From the NCBI GenBank assembly GCA_025201805.1, contig MU619244.1, forward strand, positions 46,821 through 110,820: DNA of 64,000 bases, read 5' to 3'. The notes below the pieces were generated by a model that was not told the DNA's origin, made no database searches, and saw only the letters and a list, made by a program, of their open reading frames with translations. Each line of letters opens with the position of its first letter. Positions within the stretch are counted from its first letter, which is position 1. The translations under genes and the position numbers were made by a program. The stretch comes from Parasitella parasitica NRRL 2501 (lineage: Eukaryota > Fungi > Mucoromycota). Shown here one piece after another: positions 52,358 to 63,911 of the stretch.

Positions 52358-53135
52358 TTATAAAATGAGACATCCCTTTTTCATTGGCGGACACTTGGCT
52401 TTCTCAGACGGCCACTCCTGACTGACCGTGCTGTACCAGATCGTGCCATCCTTACAATCTCCAGTGTATTCCTCAAACAAATCCTTCTCAAATGTCTCTC
52501 GAATGTAGCAATCGAGTATGCCAGGTATTTTCAGACTGTAGTCTCTCCAAAAACTCGCACCAGGTGCGTTTCCATGTCTACCAATGGTATGTAATACAAA
52601 ATCGGGCGATCTATGAGTGTGACTATAGGGAAAACCAGGTTTTGAGGGTTCAGTACATGGCAATGTTTATGCAATTATTTGATACACACCCGAAAATCTG
52701 ACCCAAGCCATATTTGTGCTTCTCGATCAGATCAAGCACCGTCTTATCCTTAACAACCAAGACGGATTCTGCTTCGTAAGCAAGCTTTTCATTGAAATAC
52801 ATTACAATTTTTCGGTCATATTGCTTGTATTCGGTATTTGGTACAGAAACATTCTTTAGTATTTTGACATGACTTGGCGCATTGTAATACGCTGACATGA
52901 TCCGTTGCAAGTTTCCCGTCGCTTGAAGAAGCATACGCTCTAGTGGTGAAAATGAATCGGGTAACCTTAAAAAGACATTCTTTGACGATACTATAATAAT
53001 AATAAAAAAAAAAAAAATAAGAAGGGGAAAACGTCAAATAAACTTTTTGTAATTTCTTTTACGTTCTTCAGTAAACTGAAATGGTATTCTTTTGTATCCT
53101 TCAGTGCCTAAGGGTTCAGGTAGTCTTCCAGTCAT
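52358..53135 (-). CDS. Hypothetical protein with a probable chorismate-lyase-like fold; ends KKGCLIL (CaaX)
   Basis: Spliced model MTGRLPEP...FSPLERMLLQATGNLQRIMSAYYN...YDRKIVM...YGLGQIF...FWRDYSL...CYIRETF. The LLxxxGxL / R / LGQIF / RxY / IxExF pattern resembles UbiC/DUF98. Confidence 0.65.
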
Positions 53136-53406
53136 TTGCTATATGATAAATTAAATTAAATAAAAAGAGAGGGCAAATTGAGAAAACTGTTGCTTATATA
53201 TTCATATCAATGTATTAGACAATGAAAAGAAAGGTCCCTTGCTAAAAATCTAGGGGTGCTTTGTTATGCGGTCAGAATCAAGAACTTTTTTTTTTTTTTC
53301 ATGTTTTCATGTTTTTATGTTTTTATTAGTATATTATACAACTATTTAAAATTTAGGACAAAATGATAGACATTTTAGGGAAATTGGGAGATTATGATTT
53401 AATATC

Positions 53407-54563
53407 TCACCAGTGATGATGTTGATCTGCAAAAATTGCGTTGGAGGCATTGCCACTTCCATACATGAAATTGATGTATTCGTCAGTTTGTGGAACCGAT
53501 GATATAGAGCTGCGGTGCATCATGTCAGATGAGACTGAGGCAGATCGGTCGGGGCCACCTAAAGTATCAAATAACTTGCCATATTCATTGCTGTATCCGG
53601 ATGGAATGACGGTGTGGTCAAGTAAATGAGGGGTATCTTGTAGCTCTTGAGGGAATCTGGGTGGTTGTTGGTAGGACATGGATACGGGAGACTGATAATA
53701 ATCTAGTATGGGTGTTTCCATCATTTGAGAAGCAGGCGTAGAGTTTAACATGGCAAACATAGATGAACTGTTACTATCATCAAAGTGGATAGGTTCGGCC
53801 GAATTGATATCCATGTAGCCGTTGGTCAGCAATGCGGGGTCGACGTACATATTGGAAGCATGATTGGTGCTTAAGCCATCTCGATCATTCAGGGGTACAG
53901 GTACGTAGTTGACAACAGGTTGGTAGTAATATGCTGATGACTCGTTTCTATCAATATAAGCATCGCCGTAGCTCAATCTGTGCTTCTGGCATTCGTATAT
54001 TTCTTTATCATCCATGTAATTGAAATGAGGAGATGGTTTGTAGTCTTGATCGTCGCCGTATCCGCAATCAGCATTGTTGACAAACTTGGCCTTTGTGGGC
54101 TGCTTCTTGCTCTTTTTTGGTTTGGGACGGAATGTATAATCAGGATGCCTATTACGGAGAGGTGTTAGTATCCAAATTTCAGTTTGCGTTTTATGTATTC
54201 TTACCTTTTCATGTGGGCTTCCTTTGCCTCCTTTGCCAAAGATTTGTAGGCGTTTTGTCCTTTTTTATCGGCATTCCACCACTCGGCAAGGATCTTAGAA
54301 ATGTCACGATGGTTTGCTGAGGGACAAAAGTGTCTAATTTTTGCTTGAAACTCGGTTCTGAAAATGATAAAGCTGTTTGGGGGTCTACCAACAAAGTTTG
54401 GATCACGCTTGCGGATTCTGGTTCTTCTGTTGCGGCCTACAGGTTTTAAAGCACAATCCTCAGCTAATTTGAAGACGTCTAGCTGTTGTTTTTTTGTGAA
54501 CCATGTGTCCATTTTTTCTAATTCATCGTTGGTAAAGTATTGGCTTGAAGCATGAACCGGCAT
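53407..54563 (-). CDS. MATA_HMG-type sequence-specific HMG-box transcription factor; intron at 54149-54204
   Basis: RPPNSFIIFRTEFQAKI...NHRDISKILAEWW...YKSLAKEAKEAHMKR|HPDYTFRPKPKK, followed by a low-complexity activation-like region. Confidence 0.88.
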
Positions 54564-54953
54564 GTTTGATATGTGTTGTAAAGGAATGTAATGGGGGTGG
54601 GGGTGGGTGGGGGGAAGTGTTTGAGTAAAGGAAAGGAAGGGGATGGGATGGGAAAAGATAATTTGTATAAATCTCAATCTGTCTCAAATTCCATCAGCTT
54701 TATATATGCTTTTTTTCTTTTTTTTTTCTTGGCTCATGCTTTCAATCTCTAATTAAATCCAATCATAACATTTCATCGATTTAAGATATTTATGAAAACA
54801 AAGACTTATTTTCCATAGAACAATGAATTCATTATCATAAGTTCGATATGAGGAACAAAGAAACATATTGCATCTGAAACACGATGTTATATTGGTTGTG
54901 ATCGATTCTTTATTTGGAAGCATGAAATTCACTATCCAGTCAATTAAAGAATT

Positions 54954-55693
54954 TTAAGCCTTGACAGCATACTTGCGAAGAGGGAAATGAGCCAATTTCT
55001 TTTGCTCGCGAACAGTCTTCTTGGACTTTTCGAAGGGAGTCAAAGCTCTACGCATAGCACGAGTCTTCTTGACACGGAGATCAAGAGGAGTGAAGCGTTT
55101 CTTTTGGTAAAAGAGACGAAGCTGTTCGCGTTGAGTTTGGTTGATAACAGTCAAGACACGAGCGACATTCTTGCGGGCTTCACCACTAAAACTGACGTTG
55201 GCATAAAGCTTTCCCATTCGATCACACGATATACTTACATTTCTTGAGATCTACCACCAGCAACCTTTTGGACACGGATGTTGGCAAGTTGTTGCTTTTG
55301 TTCATCGAGAATCTTGACAAGCTCGGCCTTGTTCTTGTTGCGAAGTTCGTGTGCTTTGACGGCAGCCTAAAAAAAACCAGGAGACATGTGTGAGTAAAAT
55401 CAGTCAGAGTTAAGGGTGCTGTATCATGTGCAATTGAGTTCTAGCCATGTAAACGTATCGAGTTGAAGCTGATTCGTGAATGTTAAAATAGTGCTAAATT
55501 CGGCTTATTCATTCAAAGACAAATTGCGTATAGTGTGCCAAACATGTCCAAATGTCTTGACATCTGATTGCCATATTGCGTGCATATATTGCATATATTT
55601 TATAAGCTCCAATTTCCAGTAAATTGCGACTCTGATACGTTCATTGATGGATTGCACCGATACTGTCAAGGATGGATGGTTGATTGTTACCAT
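54954..55693 (-). CDS. RPL35: 60S ribosomal protein L35 (uL29); ATG-only exon 1, introns at 55367-55690 and 55187-55238
   Basis: M|[16 protein letters not shown]...[53 protein letters not shown]. Confidence 0.95.
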
Positions 55694-56477
55694 TGTAATG
55701 ATGCTTCAAGAGTAAGAGAAAGTTCCTTCTAGGCTGTGGGGCTGCATAGCTATTTAGTAACCCGCGAATTTTGGAGTGATTCCGCATACTATCCGGTACC
55801 CGATAGTCAACTACGCATTAAGTTTTCGAACCGGACATTCGCTTGCTTCCATTAGATCAAAAAACTATAACTTTGGTTGCCATGTCTACATTTTCCATCT
55901 ACTTTTGCAGGCTTTTTTTTTTTTTTATTGCTATGGAAACCTTATTCTCGGTTTAAACGTTTACTTCAGGGTTGTCAGAATTAGTACAATGGCCACACCT
56001 TCTTTTTTTTTTTTTTCATGTTTCATGGGTCATTATCCAAACTAATAATTAAATTAATCAATGTAGATCATCTAAGTATAAATAATGAGCAAATCTAATA
56101 ATAAACTGTAGTATATTGGCAATGAAATTTCTTGTTTTTCTATTTTTTTTTTAGAAACAAAGGAGTATTTGTATAGCTTCATTCATTGTTTGAAGGGCAA
56201 AAGCAATGTGTTTTCACTAGATGATTCAAATTATTGCTGCTGCTGGATATATATTACAGGGAGACGATCAGCTAATTCATTATTGCAGTGGGGCGCGAAT
56301 GTGGGTTGATTGTTTTATAATAATACATTCTGTTGTTTTGTATACAAACACCCCCTCATTGCTCATGAATGTTGTCTGGGTAGTGGTGGAGGGGACTTTC
56401 AACTTCCCCGGCCAAAATAGAAAGCAGTTAATGTATCCAATTTGAACCTTCTCTTTGAACGAACTTCTATCTACGCA

Positions 56478-56904
56478 ATGGTAATATCATCAATCCATTC
56501 ATCCATCTATATGTACAATCACTCCATCATCTAACATCTCAATACTTTTTTTTACAATCCATAGGCTAAACGCACAAAGAAGGTCGGAATCACCGGTAAA
56601 TACGGTACTCGTTATGGTGCCTCTCTCAGAAAGACCGTCAAGAAGATGGAAATCACTCAACATTCCACCTACACCTGTACCTTCTGTGGTAAGGACGCTG
56701 TTAAGCGTACTGCCGTCGGTATCTGGAAGTGCAAGGGTTGCAAGAAGACCATGGCTGGTGGCGCATACACTGTGTCGTAAGTTGAGCGTTGTTTTGAGTA
56801 AATTGTTGGTTTTAGGGTACTAATTGCTCCTACCTTTTAGCACTACCGCTGCTGCCACTGTTCGTTCTACCGTTCGTCGTCTCCGTGAACTTGCTGAGAT
56901 CTAA
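56478..56904 (+). CDS. RPL43: 60S ribosomal protein L43 (eL43/L37a); ATG-only exon 1, 2 introns
   Basis: M|[23 protein letters not shown]...YTCTFCGK...[18 protein letters not shown]...[10 protein letters not shown]. Confidence 0.96.
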
Positions 56905-57052
56905 GAAAAACGTATCATCCATATTCTAGATATCAATAAAATTCCAATTAGGCGCTCATCGCACAACGCATAAAATCATTTCAAATAAATGTCCATGTAT
57001 AATAACCGATAGTGTTTATTGTAGTTGAAGAGGAAGAAGGAAAAGATGTTCA

Positions 57053-58243
57053 TTACTCTTCATCATCGCTAAAAGTGTTGAAAAGTGAAGCAAACGCGGC
57101 CTCGTCGTCTTTGTCTGCGGTCATTGTTGCATCTGAGGGTGTTGTAGACGTTGATGTTCTTTCTTGTATGCTGTCTTTCAGAAATGTTTCAGTCATGGCA
57201 AACCCAACTCGTCTACTCATATCCGCAGCTGTTTGAATGAAAAAGGTGGATGTGTGGGAATTTAACAGGATTTTGCACATCTCGGTATATCCATGATTAG
57301 CTGCATATAACAGTGGCAAGTTTGCAGTGTTTGATGGGTTGCTTAGCATGTAGCATGGATCAGCTTTGGCCACCTCGATTAAATAAACGACAATGTCAAT
57401 CTTTCTTTGTTGAACTGCTAAATACAATGGTGTCTCCTCCATTTCATTGACGACATTCACATCGCATTCACATTCTACCAGTTTTTTCACAATTTCAAGT
57501 CGATTCCATGTAACTGCATGATGTAACACAGTAGCGAATCGAGTTTTTCCATTCACGTCCGCCCCTCCGTCTATTAACGCCAAGGCTACATCGAGATGCC
57601 CAAAGCTAATAGCAATCGCAAGTGGTGACAACCCACGTTGATTAAGGCTGTCTACTGGCACTTTTTTTGAGATGAGTAAAGGAATTACTGTGGTAAAGTT
57701 GTTGGTAGCGGCCAGGTGCACTAGTGTATTGCCCTGTTCATCCGTTACTGATGTGTCAGATCCCTCTCCTCCTTCTCCTCCTTCACTTTTTGTGAGTAAT
57801 TCAACACAAGGTAAACAACATGAAAAGATGGCATTTGTGAGTGGTGTATGGCCCAGTGAATCCTTGACATCTAGCATAGATCCATTTTCAATTAAAAGCT
57901 CCACTGCATCAAAGAGACCCTTGGAGCATGCGGCATGTAAAGCCAATTCATGGTGTGGTCCATTCAACTGGTTCACATCTATATTTGGCTGTAATAAAAG
58001 GATGCGGAGCGCTTCTACACTCTTGTTGTAAGCTGCCAAGTAAAGTAAACCGTACCCGTCGCTGTTCAATATGTTGACTAGGTTGTCTTTTGATTTAATG
58101 TATTGATAAAGGGCTTTGATATCGAGTTTCTCCAGATTAATAGAGTCCCATATATCGTCTTCACCTTGCTTAGAAATTTTAGACTTTTTAGACGATGAAT
58201 TTGTATTGTCGTTTGTTGCTGGTCTTTTGCCTCCACTATCCAT
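57053..58243 (-). CDS. Ankyrin-repeat protein (396 aa)
   Basis: Repeated GxTPL/ALHxA motifs (GHTPLTNA, GNTLVHLAA, GLSPLAIA, TVLHHAV, ETPLYLAV); intronless ORF. Confidence 0.9.
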   Translation of the reverse strand: MDSGGKRPATNDNTNSSSKKSKISKQGEDDIWDSINLEKLDIKALYQYIKSKDNLVNILNSDGYGLLYLAAYNKSVEALRILLLQPNIDVNQLNGPHHELALHAACSKGLFDAVELLIENGSMLDVKDSLGHTPLTNAIFSCCLPCVELLTKSEGGEGGEGSDTSVTDEQGNTLVHLAATNNFTTVIPLLISKKVPVDSLNQRGLSPLAIAISFGHLDVALALIDGGADVNGKTRFATVLHHAVTWNRLEIVKKLVECECDVNVVNEMEETPLYLAVQQRKIDIVVYLIEVAKADPCYMLSNPSNTANLPLLYAANHGYTEMCKILLNSHTSTFFIQTAADMSRRVGFAMTETFLKDSIQERTSTSTTPSDATMTADKDDEAAFASLFNTFSDDEE

Positions 58244-58849
58244 TTTAATGCATTAAAAGTGTGTTTACTGACACGAGAAACAACGCACAAAAAACTGCTC
58301 TCTTCCAAAAAGAAAATCAATATCATTTTGAATTGGACGAATCAAAAAATTAACGAATTTTAGAGCCTCACAGCGCCTTCCGGGCGCTAATTCACGCTTT
58401 TAGAAATTAGCTGGCGCCTTTAAAAATCATATCTCAAGATCGAAAGAGAGTTGATGCCAAATCCCCCCACTATAACTGGTTTTATAAGGAAACATTTAGA
58501 CGGACGACGCTATATACTTATGCTTATATCTCGACACAAGCCTTAGACATTTGCTAGATTTAGTATATGCTTCAGATGTGTATTCCCAGTCTCCAAATAC
58601 GCACTACAAGACAGATAGTTATATCTGTGATACTAGCTGCAAATACATTATGTACTATCGACTTGTACAATATATGGATAACATTGCCGAGTGGTCATGC
58701 AAACTTTCTGCAGATGATGGACCTAAATTGCTTTCGATTTGAAAAAAAAAATCGTTTAATACAACGTTGCAGAGAACTTGAGAGGGGGGGGGAATATGCA
58801 AAAAGGTAAACTCGCTTGTAAACTATACAATATTTACATTACTCATATG

Positions 58850-59725
58850 TCTGTTATATGTTATCAAAGCAGCAATTTGTTTCACATGAAAGTAATGTCT
58901 TAAGGAGGCTAAAAGAAAATTTAGACACTAATGACCATATCGCAATCAATTAAGCCTTATGTTCTTTTTAGTTTGCTTAAAAGCGGCAAAAGCATGTCAG
59001 ACTGTTCCAAAAAAGAACTAGAAATTATGAGGAATATAGTCAACTATGAACAAACCACTACAACAGCGCCATCATGGACCTAATCATATGGAAGAAAAGT
59101 AGACTTTATTATAGCATTATTCTATAATTGGAACTTTTTTCTAATGAGTGGAAAAGAGAGAAAGTACCTGACTCCATGATCATGAAGCAGTAATGCAAAC
59201 ACTTGAGAACCAATGCTTCTATCTTGAAAAATATAATCCAACACAATGAAAACGGCACCAAATGTTTCATTTCGATGGACTGGTTTGGTATGATCGCTAG
59301 CTTTCAGTAAAAATCCCCTATAGTAATATATCATAATGCGCTTTATAGCCTATACTGAATACATCTACACTTTGAAGTTTGCTGACGGGTTGTTTTTTGC
59401 TAATGTTTATGACACGTCGCAGATTCCAAGGAACCTTAAACAAATGAAAAAATTCAAGTCAACTTTGAACACTTTGTTTAATTGGAAGGTGATCATATGA
59501 ACACGTAATATTAATCAAGGAAGATTATTAATGAATTTTATTTCTTAATGGGACTTTTTAGTCAATTTAAAAAAATGAAATCATAGCCATAGCCGACATA
59601 TAACAGACAAAAGAGCGTTTTAGAGGTATAACAAGAATACATAATGCTGGCGAGACACAGGCCAAGTGCCTACTATACCCTTTTTTCTCCCAGGCCATGC
59701 AAAAGAAAGCTCAACGAGGAACAAT
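58850..59725 (+). pseudogene. Frameshifted remnant of a second PD-(D/E)xK nuclease-like family gene (boundaries approximate)
   Basis: Fragments in shifting frames: GRKVDFII (about 59090), SNEWKRE, HLRTNASILKN..SMDWFG|gt, YIYTLKFADGLFFA..IPRNL..TLFNWK|gt and YYTLFSP. Confidence 0.55.
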
Positions 59726-59899
59726 TTTTTATTTTTAATAAATTCATATTGGCATCGAAAACACCAACTGCTCACTTTGTTTCAATAATGTATACAAATC
59801 TGTAATGAGCAAGAAGTTTTTCAGAGAAGACGGACTTGGGAAGAGTGCACAATGAGGATGACACTGAAGCCGTGGACTGGGATGAAGAAATTGGCAAAC

Positions 59900-60700
59900 T
59901 CCTACAGATCACACCAAATAGTCTAAGAGCCGGAAACTCGAAGGTGGATATTACCATGGCAGAACTAGAAGCGCCCTTTTTATACCTGCTCAGATTCAAG
60001 TTTTTGAAGGAAGAGCCTGCTGTTGAACGAGCGGGAATCAACCCCTAGAACCGCTCAGGGGTGATTAAAGTGAACAAAAGAAGATCCAGAATGGGACATG
60101 TACGACAAGCTTACGAGCACAATTAATCGTGCTGGATCTCAACTGCAGAAAGAGCACAAGCACTTCTTGATCAATCTCTTTGACGAGTAACCTCAAAAAC
60201 AAGACAGGATGCCGTGAATGCCCCTGCCGCAGCCTTTGAAGGCTTCAGCTTAAAGGAAACTCAGGTGGGTACATACATAAAAAAAAAAGAAAAATGAGTG
60301 CTAGTTGACACTGAAGCGAATCACTCGTCGACCAGCAGCAAGATACTCGCCTGATACACTTCTTCTAGAAGGAAAGAGTGGGTTGAAAAATGGTTTCAAT
60401 CGGACATGGATTATCTGAGCAACTGTGTCTTTGGGGATGAGTCTGCATTCGATATCAACATGAGACCTCAACAACAAAATCTGTAAAAGGCATTCCGGCA
60501 ATTGTTACCACACCATCCACTCAAGCAGTGCCTCATACCCTTCTAAGAGCAATCTCTGCCATGGGTGTAGTGAATATCGAGATCAGATTGCCCAACTTGA
60601 AACCGAAGAGGACCAAAAGCTGATGGATCTCGCAAGAGAAAGCAGCCGCAGCCCAAGAAACCAGCGTCAAAAGGTACTGCAACTGGAGGCACTGCAAAAG
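59900..60700 (+). mobile_element. Decayed Tc1/IS630 (DDE_3) transposase remnant (boundaries approximate)
   Basis: INPRTAQG, EHKHFL, WFQSDMDYLSNCVFGDESAFDINMR, KGIPAIVTTPSTQA..TLLRAISAMGVV and KGTATGG, with stops and frameshifts. Confidence 0.78.
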
Positions 60701-61497
60701 GAGTTTTAGCACAGAAAGATGCAATATACATCATTTTGAAAGCATCGTGGAATGCAATTAATGGTAGAATGACGAATATAGTCTTTCGTTAAAACTTTCA
60801 ATTTCAATGAATGACGCAAATCACTGTTGTAATCAAAAGACGACATGTTTGGTCCAAATCTCACAAACCCTGCTGCTTGTCGTCCAAATACGTAACACAA
60901 ATGTAAATACCTGCCAAGATAAAGTAAACAGCCTTACTGCCAATCCAATCCTTTCCCTATTTGGCGAGAGATGAGAATCAAATCCGAAATGATGACAATG
61001 AGCACATAAGTAAAGTTCTTACGATTTAAGTAACTCTAAAAATGGCGGAGGAAAGGATGGAAAACGAGCAAAACGAGGAGTACACCTGTATGTCAAGAGC
61101 CAAGCACATGTGTCACATCGCTGAAGGACATTTGTTCTTGCAGCTGAGAGAAGGCAGACAATGGAGCAGTTACAAAGTTGCTGAAAACATCATATGCATT
61201 AGTTTGCCGGAAGAAGATGTACGGTATAAAAGCCAAGAAACTCCTCCGGACAGGTGCATCAAAAAATCAACCTTTTTTGCAAAGAGCAGAAGGATGTCTC
61301 TACAATTTCCTTACCTGAGCCTTTACGTTCTATGATCAACCATGTTTCTAAAGATCCCTTGCAATTTGAATATTACACAAAAATGAACTATTTTTTTTTT
61401 TTTTGAGAGACTTTCCATGTGACATTAATATGTTTTTGCTAAAGGCTCGGATTTCTTTTTCGTCTCTTTTCTAATTAAAGTACTTTTCTGGCACAAT

Positions 61498-62560
61498 ATG
61501 TATCCATATGGAGGAGGACAGGCAAGTAAAAATAAGGGCTTAGCATGGGTTTGTATTCATGTGCAATGCACACACTCTTTAGCAACCACAGCAAGGATTG
61601 CCTTATTTCCAAAATAATCCTTACCAATCTCCAGTACCACCACAGCAGCAGCAACAATATCATCATACTCCATATCATCGACAATCGACGTTATCTAGCC
61701 TTAATGCGCCACAATCAGCACAGCAAAATAGTTTTAATCAAACGACATCACTTCAAAGAAGCTACACTTTTAGTAAGATGCCAAAAACATATAGATATAT
61801 TATATAACAATGTTTTTTAAGCGTCTTCTGTTGGATTATTTAGCTCCAACAGTTAATAAGAGGGAACAATACTTGTGGGATCTTTTCCAAAGGGTTGACA
61901 CTGACAAATCAGGATCTATTTCAGTACATGAACTACAAAATGCATTGGTAAATGGCGATTGGAGTCCATTCAATATCGAGACAGTTCGCATGATGGTCGG
62001 GATCTTTGATACAGGTATATCTGAACGATAAACTGGCCTATCAAGACGATTTTTCTCAACCCTAACTAGATAACAATGGAACCATTGACTTTCGAGAATT
62101 TAGAGGCTTATGGAAATATGTTGAAGATTGGAGTCATTGTTTCAAGAAATTTGACCAAGACAACTCGGGAAGTATTGATTGTTACGAGATGAACCACGCA
62201 CTGCGCACATTTGGATATAATGTGAGCGATAGATTTACTCGGCTACTGATCCAAACGTTTGATAAATATGGTTTGTGTAGATTGAGAAGAGCATTATGCT
62301 GTGTGAATCCTTAATAACATGTTGGGCACAGGAAATGGAGATATTACATTTGATAATTTCGTACAGGCTTGTGTTACTCTATCCACGTTGACAAAATCGT
62401 TTAGAGCAAGAGATATTGAAGGCAGAGGATCGATTATTATAAATTACGAGGATGTGAGTAGCTGGGATGATTGAAGAAATATATAGAGAATATTAACGCT
62501 TATTCAAAAAAGTTCTTAACAATAGTAATAAGTAGTCGACCTGATATGAAGGGAAGTTGA
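61498..62560 (+). CDS. PEF1: Penta-EF-hand Ca2+-binding protein (Pef1/ALG-2/peflin), multi-exon
   Basis: P/Q/Y-rich N-terminus; LFQRVDTDKSGSISVHELQNALVNGDWSPFN, DNNGTIDFREF, FDQDNSGSID, ITFDNFVQACV and INYEDFL. First intron is GC-AG (61522-61582). Confidence 0.92.
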
Positions 62561-63094
62561 GGCGTATATTTTCCAAAGCGTGTATAGTGTAAATAAAAAT
62601 CGTCAGCTTTCATGGGAAAAACAGTCTGTATTACATACACTGGCGACTGCACATGCCATTTCTTGATTAGCAATGTCATGCTTTGATTGATATGGCCTAC
62701 ATCTCTTATCATCCGTTTTCTTGGCGAAGGACTGATCTTATCCTCAGTTGTGTCCAAACCAGAATACTTGGCTTCATTGTCAAAAAAAAAAAAAAAAAGG
62801 TCAATTGTACGACACTAGGCTGTAAACATGCAAAAATGGTTACACCTGGCTTTGCCTTTGCGCATCATTTGAGCCTAGTATCATCCACACACTATCAGGA
62901 TACCCTTTGTATCTATTATTTTGAATTGCCTGTTTTCGTCTTTCGCTGTCTTTTCCTTCTCGCACCTTGAAGAGCGATAGAATTGAATATGCACTGCAGC
63001 AATGCAAGGAAAATTAATAAAGAAAAGAGAAAACCAGACGAAAAGATCAAAGCCCATTTTAATGTATTCCTTGTGAAGATGAATAAAAGGCCCA

Positions 63095-63910
63095 ATGCAT
63101 AAGAATGCTGGTGATGACATGCAGGCTGTGAATGACTTGTATTGTCAGCCTATGGACATGCATGTGCCTACGCAGCAAACAAACTATCAACAACATCACT
63201 CTAGTAGTAATGATGATCTGTTCGCATGGGCTCAAAAACTCCCTCCTGCTGCTTTTGTTGACATAATAGACACATCAAATCTTGACATTGGCCCTGGGTC
63301 AACTAAGCCCAAGCTTTGATCATCTACTAAATACCCCAGCACGGAATAAAGTACAACGCATCAGTACCATGGCTGATGGCTACTTGCATTTTGCAAGCAT
63401 TCCTAGTCAGAAAATAGCGCCTATGTTTACTTGCGAAGATAGCAATAATTATTATGCAACATTTGGCTCTTTTTCTTCCAGCTCGACCAACGCCACTAGT
63501 CTTTCGGACAATTCAAGTAGTGTGGAAATGTATAATGACTTTAGCAATAATATGCCTTCTAGACCCAACCCTCCAATGTCTAAAAATGGCCCTTCTTTGT
63601 ATACGGGCAAGCGAAAATTTCGTACTTTTCTTTCACGCAATTGATGCTGACGACTCTGGACTGTTTACATTCGATGAACTACAGCAATATTTACGCAACA
63701 AGGATGCAAACAATACTCATATTAATAACGAAGCAGTAATGGCGCTCATAGAAATGTTTCATTGTAGCAGTAAGTTTGGATTATGTCCCCCCACGAAACA
63801 CGCATGTTTCTAACAGCTTTTATAAGATAAGGACATGGTTATAGATAAACGACATGCTTGCCTTCACTAAAAATTGGGAGAGGTGCTTTCTCTTTTTAGA
63901 TAAAGACGAG
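63095..63910 (+). pseudogene. Frameshifted, truncated tandem paralog of a penta-EF-hand gene
   Basis: Three overlapping ORFs in different frames; FHAIDADDSGLFTFDELQQYL..INNEAVMALIEMF|gtaag and NWERCFLFLDKDE. Coding similarity stops at the hairpin element at about 63912. Confidence 0.6.
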
Positions 63911-63911
63911 C

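Noticed and set aside
53407-54563. HMG gene as the Mucorales sex locus (sexP/sexM)
   Set aside because: The characteristic flanking triose-phosphate transporter and RNA helicase genes are absent from the window.
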